Shown here piece by piece: positions 12,500 to 24,335 of a DNA stretch of 64,000 nt (its first letter is position 1; every line of letters begins with the position of its first letter). The position numbers and the translations under genes are program-made. Source of the stretch: Okamejei kenojei. Taxonomy: Eukaryota. The DNA is taken from NCBI GenBank assembly GCA_035221665.1, contig CM069162.1, positions 19,158,001 through 19,222,000 of the forward strand, in the 5' to 3' direction. Below the pieces are notes generated by a model. It searched no databases. It saw only the letters and a program-made list of their open reading frames with translations, and was not told where the DNA came from.

Positions 12500-13400
12500 T
12501 TATTTTACAGAACTTAAATTTTCCCTGCAAACGTCTCAGGAGCGGCCACGGGTTTATTATAAAGCGTTGAAATTAGTTCATTGCTCCAACCCGCTGTGGC
12601 AAGGATGTGGTCCATAGGAACTCCCATCATCCTAGCCGCCGATGAAGATGCAGCCCTGGTGGAGTGAGATTTGAAACATTAGTATCCACCACTGCACGTA
12701 ATACCACCCTAACCATCTGGATATGGTTTGTACTGTGACCTTTTGGTGAGGGCGTTTATAGCTTATGAGAAAAGCTTTCTCCGTGCCCCTAAGTGTCTTG
12801 GTGACTCTATATATTGCAAAATATGTGTCACTATGCAGAGCCGACTATCTGCAGGATAGGCCAGAACTCTAATACTGGCCAGAGAAACCGGGTCGGTCTT
12901 GTTTAAGTACCCCTGTATGTAGCAGGTTATCTGCCATTTGTGACATATATGGCGTCCATACTTAGCCTGTGTAAGGACTGAACCCGATGTGCTGATCCAA
13001 GTGCCATAATCATTCTCATCTAGGATGTTAGTTTGTCCAGAGTGAGCCCCGATATGGGTGTCCATCCTCGTAACATAGTTAATACTACGCCTATGTCCCA
13101 TGTATAGGTGTATCTGGGCCTGGGGGGATTAGAGCAAAAATACCCCTCATTAGTTTAGGTACTAGTGGGTGTGATCCTATGGGCAGGTGATCACTCCCTC
13201 TGCCCAGATATTAGCTAGGGCACTCCTTGCACAATAATGGCACTGTAACTCAATCCTTCATCGAAATGAAGGGTGGCCAGAACTCCAGCACTTCAGTGAT
13301 GGTGGCTGAGTCATATGTAGTGTTCGCCCTGGTGCAGAACACTTCCCATTTCCTGACATATGTCAGGTACTGTCTTCTCGTGGACTCCCTGCCGTTTAAT
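12500..13400 (-). pseudogene. DIRS tyrosine recombinase (frameshifted)
   Basis: Minus strand reads HSTRAASSSAARMMGVPMDHILATAGWS (HxxR and GWS motifs); upstream STRRQYLTYVRKWEVFC N-terminal region and YPADSRLCIV. Confidence 0.9.
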
Positions 13401-13439
13401 TCTGATTTTGCTTTCCCTGGTAGTTCTATAGGCCTATCG

Positions 13440-14395
13440 AAATGGCCTGCATGATTTCTGAGAGCTAAAATTTTGCTCTTACAGGTTTTGATAATGGAGC
13501 GGTCCAAATTGTGCTGCTGGGAACACAGCCACCAATTTCCCAATCACTCTGGCTCCTTGCCGAATGGATGGTACCCTGATGCCAGTGAGGCTTTTGCATG
13601 CTCCCATCAAGTCTGTCACTTTGTTTGGTGGCAAGGTAATAGACATATGAACAGAGTCAATAGTGAACCCCAAATAATCCATGGTAGTGGAGGGTTCCAA
13701 TTTTGATTTATCTGGATGTATGATAAATCCCAGCTTTTGAAAAAGATGTTTTGTGGCTGATACTTCCAATGTAGCCAGCTCCAAATTCTCACCTACAATG
13801 AGAATATCATCAAGGTAAGCCATGACGATATGGTTATGTTTCCTTAAGTATGCTAAGACTGGTTTTAATAATTTTGTAAACAGCCTGGGTGCTAATGACA
13901 AGCCATTGGGTAAGGCCTTACACTGCCATAGCTGTCCCATCCAGATAAATTTCAGGTATTTACAATGATCCTTGTGTGTGACAAACGTGTCCATTTTGAA
14001 ATGGGCATACTGAACGGAAGTATTTAGTTCGGTCAAATCTATAATGATGCGTCAACTGCCATCTTTTTTGTATTTAGTAAATATATTTGATACGAACTCT
14101 TGAGATTCTCTGATTGTCTTCTCAATTACCCCTTTTTTGTTAGTCTTAACAGTTCAGCATGGCCTGCTGTTCTCTCTTTTTTTGAAAGTATGAACTTCCG
14201 ACTAGGCGTATGCTGAACTGGGATGGGGAGTTCGTATACAAATTCAATTTTGTAACCCTGAATACTTCTGAGTATGTAAAGGATCAGAGGTAAAAGTGCT
14301 GCACACATGATGAAACAAGTGCAACCGTCCACCAACTTTTGATGAATCGGACATGCAATGTTTTTGAGGCAACCAGACCCACCTACATCCATGGT
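13440..14395 (-). pseudogene. DIRS reverse transcriptase (deleted/frameshifted)
   Basis: ORF 13479-14036: HFKMDT...ALPNGLSLAPRLFTKLLKPV...MAYLDDILI...YLGFTIDS; upstream IQGYKIEF. No RNase H/methyltransferase region seen before YR. Confidence 0.9.
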
Positions 14396-14399
14396 CACC

Positions 14400-15563
14400 G
14401 CTGGTGTTGTGTGGGTTGTATCTGCACTTGTTTCTTCTGGTATTGTGTTGCTGCGTTGTGGGGTTGGCGCATTTTCCATGAAGGCCGGGCTGGGCCATGG
14501 TCTAAAAGACCGCTGTGCAGGTGGGCCAGCCTTCGCGCTTTCACCACCAGATGGTCTTCCATAGCACCGATGTCTGGTGGGTGTGTAGGGGTGCTGCCGC
14601 TGTTGATAGTGGGTTTTAGAGGTGTTTGGCACCTTGATCAGGCCTATAGCCTTGTCCTCCTCATCCAGATCTTTCACCTGCTTCGGGAGGTGGCCCCAAC
14701 AGCAATTTTGGCGGCTGTGTGCTACTGGTCCTGTATAATCCCGCACTTGGGATTAAGTGCAGGCTTGATGATGCTCTTCCTGTAACTGTTAATCTCGAAC
14801 TGAGTATTACACAGTCTGCTAGAGCATCTTGTAGCTCTTCAGGCAAATCAACCCCATCAGTTGTCCTGGTACTGCTGTGATTCCAGCAGCCAGCAGTTTA
14901 AGGATTCTCTGGAGCTTCACCTTCTGGCTCCTTGTAGATGGGCTCATGTTGCCCCAGATGGGATTGTAGACTGCTGGTACTTTAAGAGAATGTAGTTCTC
15001 TGGAGCAAAGTATTTCCCAGCTGTAGAGTTAATGGTTTGCTCCTGCAGCTGGTTTGTAGCCATGTAATTTGTACTGGCTGTCAGCTTGGGATGTATAGGC
15101 AGTCCTTCCTGTGTTGTTCTTCTGGCACCCCTAACACAGTTGACTGTTCAGCCATTGCCCCTTCTTCAGGGTCAGCCCAGCTCTGACCCCTAATGCTCCC
15201 CTGCGAAGAGGGTGAGACATTTGGCAGTCCTTGAAAGGATGCTGCCGTGGGTCTGCGAGGAGACCCACTGTGACTCTGCCCCTGCATAAGCAGGTCACGC
15301 TGGAGCACTGCTCCCCATCCGCTCCTGCGGAAAAGACGCCCACCGTCGCTATCCATGAACGGGGTGTCTTCAGGTCCGGAGCTGAGTCAACGGACCTGTC
15401 CGACTTCCGGGTGGTTCTGCCGCCGGGCCGCGGCGCACCTTCGGTCTGTAGCGGCGAGAAGTCGGGAGCTGCTGGCAGCACCTGCAGCTCTGGAGAGACG
15501 GCACGCTGCTGGCTGCTTCCACAGCAGCGGTTTTAGCCGCTGCTCTCCCTTACGCGACTCCAT
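14400..15563 (-). pseudogene. DIRS gag-like ORF1 (disrupted)
   Basis: Position between the 5' ITR and pol; ATG in ACCATGG context at 15563; fragments such as LQDALA.. and KQVKDLDEEDKAIGL. Confidence 0.6.
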
Positions 15564-16699
15564 GGTGCTTCCTTCGTTCTGAAAAAAAAAGTACACCCAG
15601 TCGCCACCCAGAAAGGTAAGACTTACCTTCAGTAAGTTTTTAAAAACTTACGCTGGAGGAGCGGCGCTCCTCCCGACTGTCGCTTCCGCAATGCGTTCGA
15701 CGATATGCCCCGCATGCGTGCTGGCGGGGTCTTCACGTAGTCACTCACGTGACTCTGAAGTAAAATTGAAGTTAGATGAGTACAAGAAGCCAAAAGAGAA
15801 CAATTGCAGGGATCTATGGGTTAGGTTGGGTTGGTTTGGAGCAGAAAAGGAGGTGTTGATCAACAAGAACTGGGATGAAAGGTGCCTGGTACATAAAGAG
15901 CAGAACTTTGGATAAACTCATGCTTGGTAACTTTGGAATAGTCAGGTACAGTGATACCGAAAGCATAGTTGAGGGAGTCATGGGTTTATAAGCTGTAGCG
16001 AGGCTGTGGTTGTGGCTGCATGGTGTTGAACAGATGGAAGTATGGAGTCATGGCCATAAGGTAGATCAGCCATGAAAGATCATATCAGAGTCAAAAGTCC
16101 CAGGGAGGACCTGGTTCAGTTTCAGACGATTGCCATGATGATTTGGTGTTCAGGGAACATAGTTCATGGCAAGAATCAAAATCTCTTTGACGTGCCAGAG
16201 AGGTTTTGAGATACCGAGTGTGAGATGTATGAGATAGAGAAAGAGCAGGGACAGGTGATTGTGAAGTAGAGATCGGGTCTGCTCTCTACGTATATGAGCT
16301 GGAGCTTCTGATTGATCTGCAGATGAGCAGGCAAGTGAGAAATGGAAGAAGATCATGTGTAGATCTTTGTGGATCTTCGGAGGCTGTGGTGTGAGAGAAT
16401 CAAGCAGAATCTCTGCATATGGATCTGACTGAGAATGGATGAAAACATTCCCATCCAGTTGACTTACAGAAGAGAAGCAAAGACAAAAGATGGATGTTGA
16501 AAGATGCACTTGGGTGGAGGAGAGATGAAAATATAGAACGCTATTTGCAACTCTGATATGGACACTTTTAGTATTGTGCGAGCGGCAGGAACTCGAATGG
16601 AGGGATTCAGACTTGGAGTTGTCGATAAGAGGTGAAGTTCTAACAGGTAGTGATCAGGGGTACAAGGGCCATGGATGGAGTAATTGGGAAGAAGGGGAG

Positions 16700-16965
16700 T
16701 TGAGTTGAGTTGAGTTGAGTTGAGTTGAGTTTAGAGATACAGCAAAGAAACAGGCCCTTTGGCCATTGAGTCCGCACCAACCAGTGATCGTATGTACACT
16801 ACTTTCATTTTACATGCACTCGGGAGACAATTTATAGAAGCCAATTAACCTACAAACCTGCACGTCTCTGGAATGTGGGAGGAAACATACAAACTCCCTA
16901 AAGACCATATCCATATCCGGGTCTCTGGCGCTGTGAAGCAGCATCTCAACCCACGCCACTGCGCT
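16700..16965 (-). mobile_element. V-SINE with (ctcaa)n tail
   Basis: Reverse SINE tail (gagtt)n and core ccaattaacctacaaacc. Confidence 0.75.
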
Positions 16966-18276
16966 GTCCTGAATTACAATAATGGTGCAGGCAGAGAGTG
17001 GCGGAAGCTGCAGCTCTCTCTCTCCCACATGGACCCAAACCAGATACTGATGGATTTTTGAAAAGAAAAATGGGAACCTGGCTTAGCAACGGATTAGCTG
17101 TGATGTAATTGAATAGTTGAGCAGGCTAAATGATCTTCCACTGCTGTCTGTTACCCAAGGGTAATGAGTGGTTTTGGCAGTGAAGAATAAACCCCAGCAT
17201 TACACTGCCCAAACGCCTACATTAATTCAGGTCACCATTCATGAATGGTTGATTTTGCACTTCTGTCCAAGGTTTAAAGTTACATGTCTATTTTGTTAAT
17301 AAATCTCTTTAACATACTTTCAATTTGACCTTTAAAGTCTACAATCAATAACTAGGATTTAAATGTGATTTATTTGCAAAGAAACCAGCGCTGCTAAAAT
17401 AGCCATCAGGTTTCTCATTTAAAAATCACAAATTGTGTTGAATCCTCTCAAAATCAGTTAACCCATAACTAGCTGTTTCTGATGAATACAACCAGGACTT
17501 TATGTATTTTTACAGATCAAATGTCTTTTGGAAATTCTCATTGGATTGCCAGTGGAATAACACATTTTTGATAACAAATGCCCCTGAAGGAAACGGAGGC
17601 TGTTTGCGGTTCCAAAGTACAGCTATCGATGTCGATTCCACATGTTGATCTTGCCAGCAGCTTCAAACCAGGTTAAATCCTGGTCATGTTTCTAAGATAA
17701 TGGTAAAACATGTTTGTAAAGGTTGGATGGACATTGAAGTTTCTCAGTTGGAATTCATTTTGTTTTCAGTAACCCAGGAATCCTTGCCTTTGGATCTTTA
17801 GTAAGTTCCTTATTTTCAGTCTTTCTGCTTCAGTTGTTGTTCCATTCTCCATCACTGTTGAAGCTATAAGTGTAATGGAACCAGACGCCCTTGTAACCCG
17901 TCGGAGCTGGAGAGGGGGTTGGTCAGGAAGGCCTGAAGAAAGGTCCCGACCTGAAACAACGTCAACCCATTCCCCTCCACAGATGCTGCCCTGGCAACTG
18001 AGGTCCGCCAGCAGTCTGTTCGTTGCTCAAGATTGCATCATCTGCAGTCTCTTGTGACGCTGGATGGATTGGTCACTGTGTGTGACTGAAAGTTCATGGA
18101 AAGTTCATACGTTCTAGGAGCAGGACCATCAGGTCTACTCCGCCATTGAATCATGGCTGATCTATCTTTCCCTTTCAACCCCATTCTCCTGCCACCTCCC
18201 CATAACCCCATCGCTCTTTTGGTACTAATCTACTTGCCCTACACAGCATTTCAGAACCAAAGCCTCAAAACTTTAG

Positions 18277-18568
18277 GGTGGTACAGTGGTGCAGTGATAG
18301 AGTTACTGCCTTACAGCGCTTGCTGCGCCAGAGACCCGGGTTCAATCCTGACTACGGGTGCTGTCTGTACAGAGTTTGCATGTTCTCTCCATGGCCTGCG
18401 TGGGTTTGCTCCGAGATCTTCGGCTTCCTCCCACACTCTAAAGACGTTCAGGTATGTAGGCTAATTGGCTTGGTGTATGTGGAAAAATTGTCCCTAGTGT
18501 GTGTAGGATAGTGTGAATGTGCAGGGATCGCTGGTTAGTGTGGACTGTATCTCTAAACTAAACTAAAC
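18277..18568 (+). mobile_element. V-SINE
   Basis: Full head, core and tail. Confidence 0.85.
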
Positions 18569-18959
18569 CTGCACCTGAAGCTAGATGGCAGTGCAGACCC
18601 CACCTTGCCTCTTGTGTACGGAAGGTCAGCTAGCTTGGTCCTCCGTATGTGGGACAGATGAGGTGAGTGAGGGTGTGGTGAGGGCCAGCTGTGAGGCGAA
18701 TTATCTGAGTTTGGGGACGAGACCAGATTCAGGTTTATCCTATCGTAAGATAGACACAAAAAGCTGGAGTAACTCAGCGGGACAGGCAGCATCTCTGGAG
18801 TGGGCAAAAATATTTTAAACGTGCCCAACATCTTTCTGCATGCAATTCATGGATATATAATAGCTGCATTGTCCAATTTATAGATATAATTATTGAGGGC
18901 TACTTATCCTATAAGAATCACATCTCAGGTGGTGAGTGGAAAAATTAGCTGATAAATCC

Positions 18960-19510
18960 AAGATAGACACAAAATGCTGGAGTAACTCAGCGGGACAGGC
19001 AGCATCTCTGGATAGAAGGAATGGGTGATGTTTCGGGTCGAGACCCTTCTTCAGACTGGTTAGAGATAAGGGAAATGAGAGACATGGACGAAGTGGAGAG
19101 ATAAAGAACAATGAATGAAAGATATGCAAAAAAGTAGCGATGATAAAGGAAACAGGCCATTGTTAGCTGTTTGTAGGGTGAAAATGAGAAGCTAGTGNNN
19201 NNNNNNNNNNNNNNNNNNNNNNNNNNNNNNNNNNNNNNNNNNNNNNNNNNNNNNNNNNNNNNNNNNNNNNNNNNNNNNNNNNNNNNNNNNNNNNNNNNNN
19301 NNNNNNNNNNNNNNNNNNNNNNNNNNNNNNNNNNNNNNNNNNNNNNNNNNNNNNNNNNNNNNNNNNNNNNNNNNNNNNNNNNNNNNNNNNNNNNNNNNNN
19401 NNNNNNNNNNNNCAATATTCGTACCACTGGACCTTAAGCTGCCCAAGCGAAATATGAGATGCTGTTCGTCCAATTTGTATTTAGCCTCACTCTGACAATG
19501 GAGGAGTATC
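18960..19510 (-). mobile_element. Penelope-like element 3' part spanning an assembly gap
   Basis: LLHCQSEAKYKLDEQHLIFRLGSL (GIY-YIG C-terminus) plus the same UTR as 58607-59190. Confidence 0.85.
19198..19412. other. Assembly gap (N run)
   Basis: 215 N. Confidence 1.
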
Positions 19511-19600
19511 GTAATCCTTGCTGAAATAGAACAAGCAGATTGATGAGTGGAGTGTGGGAAGAGCTCCAACCCACAGACTCTTGCTTTATCGGCTACAATG

Positions 19601-19918
19601 TTTAGTTTAGTTTTAGTTTAGAGAAACAGCACGGAAATAGGCCCTTCAGCCCACCGAATCCCCACCGACCAGCGCTCCCCGCACATTAACAATATCCTAC
19701 ACGCCCTTGGGACAATTTACACTTACACCAAGCCAATTTATACTTACACCGACCTGTACGTCTTTGGCATGTGGGAGGAAACCGAAGATCTCTGAGAAAA
19801 CCCACGCGGTTATGGGGAGAACGTACAAACTCCTTACGGACAGCACCTGTGGTCAGGATCGAACCCGGGTCTGCTGCCGCTGTAAGGCAGCAACTGTAGC
19901 GCTGTGCCACTGCGCTGT
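19601..19918 (-). mobile_element. V-SINE
   Basis: Reverse full-length copy. Confidence 0.85.
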
Positions 19919-20204
19919 CCACTGAGGGGCAAGGATGGCTTTAAAAGAGGAACTCATCCACTTTGTGCAGTCAATAGTTGTGAGTTGTAGACCAGATGTA
20001 GACCAGATGAGGACTCAAATCTTCAGTCCTGTGTAATACTGTTACTTTTCTATTCATTTCCTCTCCCAGTATTTCCTGTGGAAAGCACTCAAGAACTTCC
20101 TGGCTGCTTGCATTTGTGGCTGGGAATTTCCTGTGCTGCTGCATGGGTATTTCCTGTGCTTTCCGCTATGTCTACAAATGATGCCGTGTGTTTGCACAGT
20201 TTTT

Positions 20205-20475
20205 GTTTTAGAGATACGGTATGGAGACTGGGCCTTTGGCGAGAATTGATCACCCGTTCACACTAGTTATCCCACTAAACACTAGGGGCAATTTACAGAG
20301 GCCAATTAACCTACAAACCCATGCATCTTTGCAATGTGGGAGGAAACCAAAGCACCTGGAGGAAACTCACGTGGTCACAGGGATAACATACAAGCTCCAC
20401 ACAGACAGCACCCGAGGTCAGCATCGAACCCGGGCCTCTGGCGCTGTGAGGCAGCTGGTCTACCACTGCGCCACT
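20205..20475 (-). mobile_element. V-SINE
   Basis: Reverse copy. Confidence 0.8.
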
Positions 20476-21469
20476 CCTTACTAAGCTCGGGCCTGTCTTC
20501 GACTCGCCACCAGTGAGCTAGCTGGACATGTTCCCAACTGCATGATATATGTCCAGAGACAATAGACAATATTGCGGGTCAGTGCAGACGTATTCATTCC
20601 TTAGAGACTTTCCTTTGACCTAGAGAGACCACACGAACATCCCATCAAGACCAGTTCTTGATATCAGCTGAGCAAAATTAGGAAAAGCATGATTTTAGTT
20701 TGTTGATTTTTTTTGTTAGCTCTTCTTCAAGCAACCGTGTATTATATTGATCTGTAGATTCCCAAAATGGTGACCCACCAAGGCAAGAATGAGTCATGTA
20801 TTTCTCCCACTCACTTAATTAGGTGTAGTCATAGAGTCAACAGCTCTAGTTTTCAAGTACTCACGCACACCATTCCTACACTAATTCCATTTCACTCTCT
20901 CAACGTTCACTCGCCTACACAATAGAAGCAATTTGTAGTGGCCATTTACTTACCATTCTGCATGCCTTTGGGATGTGGGACGAAACTGGAGCAACTGGAA
21001 GAAATCCATATGGTTACGGAAAACTCCAGTACCCGGGATCAGGATCAAGCTTGCATTTCTCTTTTTGGTGCCATTGTCCCATTCTGTTGTACAATAAAGC
21101 CAAGCAGTCCTTTGCCAGATAAATATTAATTAACTGACTTACAGGATGGTCGCTGCAATCAAAACCAACCACATTGTTCAAAGTGATGTATTTCACAAAA
21201 ATCTAAATGATAGATTGCCTTTGAAGGCAATATTCCCATCAGCTGTGGCATTGACAATCCTCAGGGGTAAACTCACCCTGGGTGGCAGCTCCAAATGGAC
21301 AGTTGTAGCTAGCAGACAGTTTAGACTTTAGACTGTAGAGATGCAGCATGGAAACATGCCCTTCGACCACCGGGTCCACGTCGACCAGTGACCAACTCTT
21401 ACACTGGCATTATCCTACACACTAGGTACAATTTACAATTTTACCGGAGCCAATAAACCTACAAACCTA

Positions 21470-21746
21470 TTCCACTCGGGCAGTCTGCACCCCAGCGGCT
21501 TGAACATTGATTTCTCCAATTTCCGGTAGCCCTTGCTGTCTCCTCTCCTTCTCAGCTCTCCCTCAGCCCTCTGGCTCCTTCTCTTCATTTCCTCTTCCCG
21601 CCCCCACCCTGCATCAGTCTGAAGAAGGCCTTCGGCCAGAAACGTTGCCTATTTCCTTCGCTCCATAGATGCTGCCGTACCCGCTGAGTTTCTCCAGCAT
21701 TTTTGTCCTACCTTCGATTTTCCAGCATCTGCAGTTCCTTCTTGAA
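21470..21746 (+). mobile_element. Penelope-like 3' fragment inserted in a reverse V-SINE
   Basis: gggcagtctgcaccccagcggcttgaacattgatttctcc (GSL.P.GLNIDFS) plus UTR; aaacctacaaacct repeated on both sides. Confidence 0.75.
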
Positions 21747-22090
21747 CAAACCTACAAACCTGTTCATCTTTTGTGTGTGGGGCACATCTTCATGTGCCTT
21801 GGTGATAGTTTTTGCATCTGATGACCCTCGTGTGATGCCCGCCTGGATGTTTTATCATATCTAGCAGGTCAGGTCGGGTGTAGTTCCCCCCGCCACGTGT
21901 ACCATGTAATCCCGTGCTACATGCTCCATGGTCGGATAGCCGACGACTAAACTGTCTCTCCCACCTGGTTTTCCAGGTGAGGAGGGGGCTGTGGACCCCC
22001 AGCAGGACCAAAAACAAGACCTGTCAAAGGAGGGATGAGCTTCTAATGAGCCACTAGAATTTGTGATCACTGTTGTACATAGCATTGTAA

Positions 22091-22504
22091 TGCCCCAGTC
22101 CCACTTAGGAAACTTGAATGGAAACCTCTGGAGACTTTGTGCCCCACCCAAGGTTTCCGTGCAGTTCCCGGAGGTTTTTGTCAGTCTCCTTAATGGTCTT
22201 ACGTTTTAAAAATAATGGTCCTACGTTTTAAAAATAGGTCATTTTTTTGTCGAGGCCGGTTCTCTTAATTTTTAAGAAAGTTATGGGCTTTTGACTGTCC
22301 TCGATCACAGCTTTCGTGTTCAGTCAATGGAAAAGCAATAGGGAACAAGATGCTAATTTCCGAGTATGAAAATGGCCATAACATTTTTATTACTGAAGAT
22401 ATGAAAGTGAATTAGGTGTCAAATTAAACTTCTTTTTATGCTTTATCTGATGGGATAAATTGCAGACTTGATTTTTAAAATCTCAAAATTTTGGAACATT
22501 GCTA
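22091..22504. mobile_element. Truncated Harbinger MITE (left arm of the 61980 family) joined to an unrelated AT-rich segment
   Basis: 22091-~22260 matches 61980-~62136; no right TIR seen. Confidence 0.6.
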
Positions 22505-24009
22505 GGTTTAGAAGATCGGTCTGCTTACGGAGGGAAACTGTGGCTTTCAGCAAGCAAGATCTTGGCAGAGGCAAGGAATGCCTCTCAGTCTGGCTTTAGC
22601 CAAGTTAATAACACTGTTCCGAACCCGCCTGGACAACCCAGATGCAGGCAGCCAAGGGAACCACAGATCTAGGTTTGAGACGAGGACCCCACCTCACAAG
22701 CTTGGCCATTGGCAGACCAATGACCTTTTTCCTCCCCGCTGTGATAGTTTGTAATTTAGAATTATAGCTAATTTAGAAAGGGTGAGAAAACATGCACTGG
22801 GATTATAACATGGAATTAAACTATCTCTGTTCCACCCAGTGCCAGATGTGTACGATATTCAGAGCTACCAGTGCTGCTGGCTTGGTGCATGCTTCAACCT
22901 AGGTTGAGCTGAAAAAGGCCAGCACGCATCTCCAAAAGGGATAGTTTACTGCAGACGCCCAGGAGAGGGGGGTGGGGGGGGGGGGGGGGGGTGCAGATGT
23001 CATCATGGTTTGTTGGAAGCCATGCGTGATCATGCGGGTTTTCATGTGGAATGCATGAGTCCGACAACTGGCGCAGTTAGCCATGAGATCAGCAGCCACA
23101 GGCTATGGATGCCATGTTGGATCTGAAGAGCATTAGGAAGAGAGACCATCGCTAACCTACCATGCATCACCAATCATCGCTCTTCCTTGTCCAAGTTCTT
23201 TTGGATGTCGTTGTAGTGTGATAAGGTCATAAGGTCAAAGGTGATAGGAGCAGAATTAGGCCATTCGGCCCATGAAGTCTTCTCCGCCATTCAATCATGA
23301 CTGATCTATCTCTCTCTCCTAACCCCATACTCCAGCCTCTTCGCCATAACCCCTGACACTCGTAATGATCAAGAATTTATCTATCTCTTTAAAAATATCT
23401 ATTGACTTTAATTTAATGTTTCATGTATTTTGTTTTTTATGACTGTTGGCAGATCAATTTTTCTCCTGGGATAAATAAAGTTCTATCGTATTGTATCCTA
23501 CTGTGATTGTTCCATCATATCGTATCGTGTCCAGTCATAATGGAAAGGGTGCAGGGGAGATTTATAAGGATTTTAGCCTTCTGTGGCAAAGAATTCCAGG
23601 GATTCACCACCCTCTGTCTAAATAAATTCCTTCTCGTTTGCTTCCTTCAGGAACGTCCTTTCATTCTGTGTCTCAATTCGCTTCTTCTTGAGACAGTGTG
23701 TTCCCGACATCTTCCACCATTTGGCAAAAATAAAAATAACCTCATCTCCTTGCTAATCCTTCTACTTTTTAACTTTAAATCTCTGACCCGACAAAATAAG
23801 TGGAGTAAATGGTAGGAAGCACTGAACTAGGCCCCGCATAATTTTACCCATTTAAATCTCCCCCCAAGCAATGTTGTTTTGCAAAGAACTGAGCCCTAGC
23901 ATAATCAATCATAACTGTAGTTTCCCTGATAAAATCCTTATAAAACTCCCCCGCACCCTTTCCATTATGACTGGGCACGACACAATACGATGGAACCATC
24001 ACAGTAGGA

Positions 24010-24335
24010 TACGGTACGATAAAACGTTATTTATCCCAGGAGGAAAATTGATCTGCAAACAGTCATAAAAAACAAAATATGTGAAACAATAAATTAAAGT
24101 GTCGAGTCGAAATTGGGGAATGTGTAAAGATCGGGGAGGGTTGGGGGGGGGGGGGGTGGGGGGTTGGGAGTCAGTCTACCCCACAACAGAAGGGGGAGGA
24201 GTTGTACAGTTTGATAGCCACAGGGAAGAAGGATCTCCTGTGGCGTTCTGTCATGCATCTTGGTGGAACCAGTCTGTTGCTGAAGGTTCTCCTCAGGTTG
24301 ACCAGTGTGTCGTGGAGGGGGTGAGCTGTATTGTC
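24010..24335 (-). mobile_element. Rex1/Babar-like LINE 3' fragment
   Basis: Same block as 34268-34620; (gatac)n-type tail; reverse of RT C-terminal region. Confidence 0.6.

Larger units (their letters stand above)
12011..15765 (-). mobile_element. DIRS tyrosine-recombinase retrotransposon, internally deleted
   Basis: ITRs at ~12084-12118 and ~15705-15739; ICR at 12236-12344 is complementary to both termini (12011-12085 and 15730-15764); gag, RT (YLDD) and YR remnants on the minus strand. Confidence 0.95.

Noticed and set aside
15766-16690. Old L2-like LINE hosting the first DIRS
   Set aside because: Purine bias and faint motifs are suggestive but too degenerate to call by eye.
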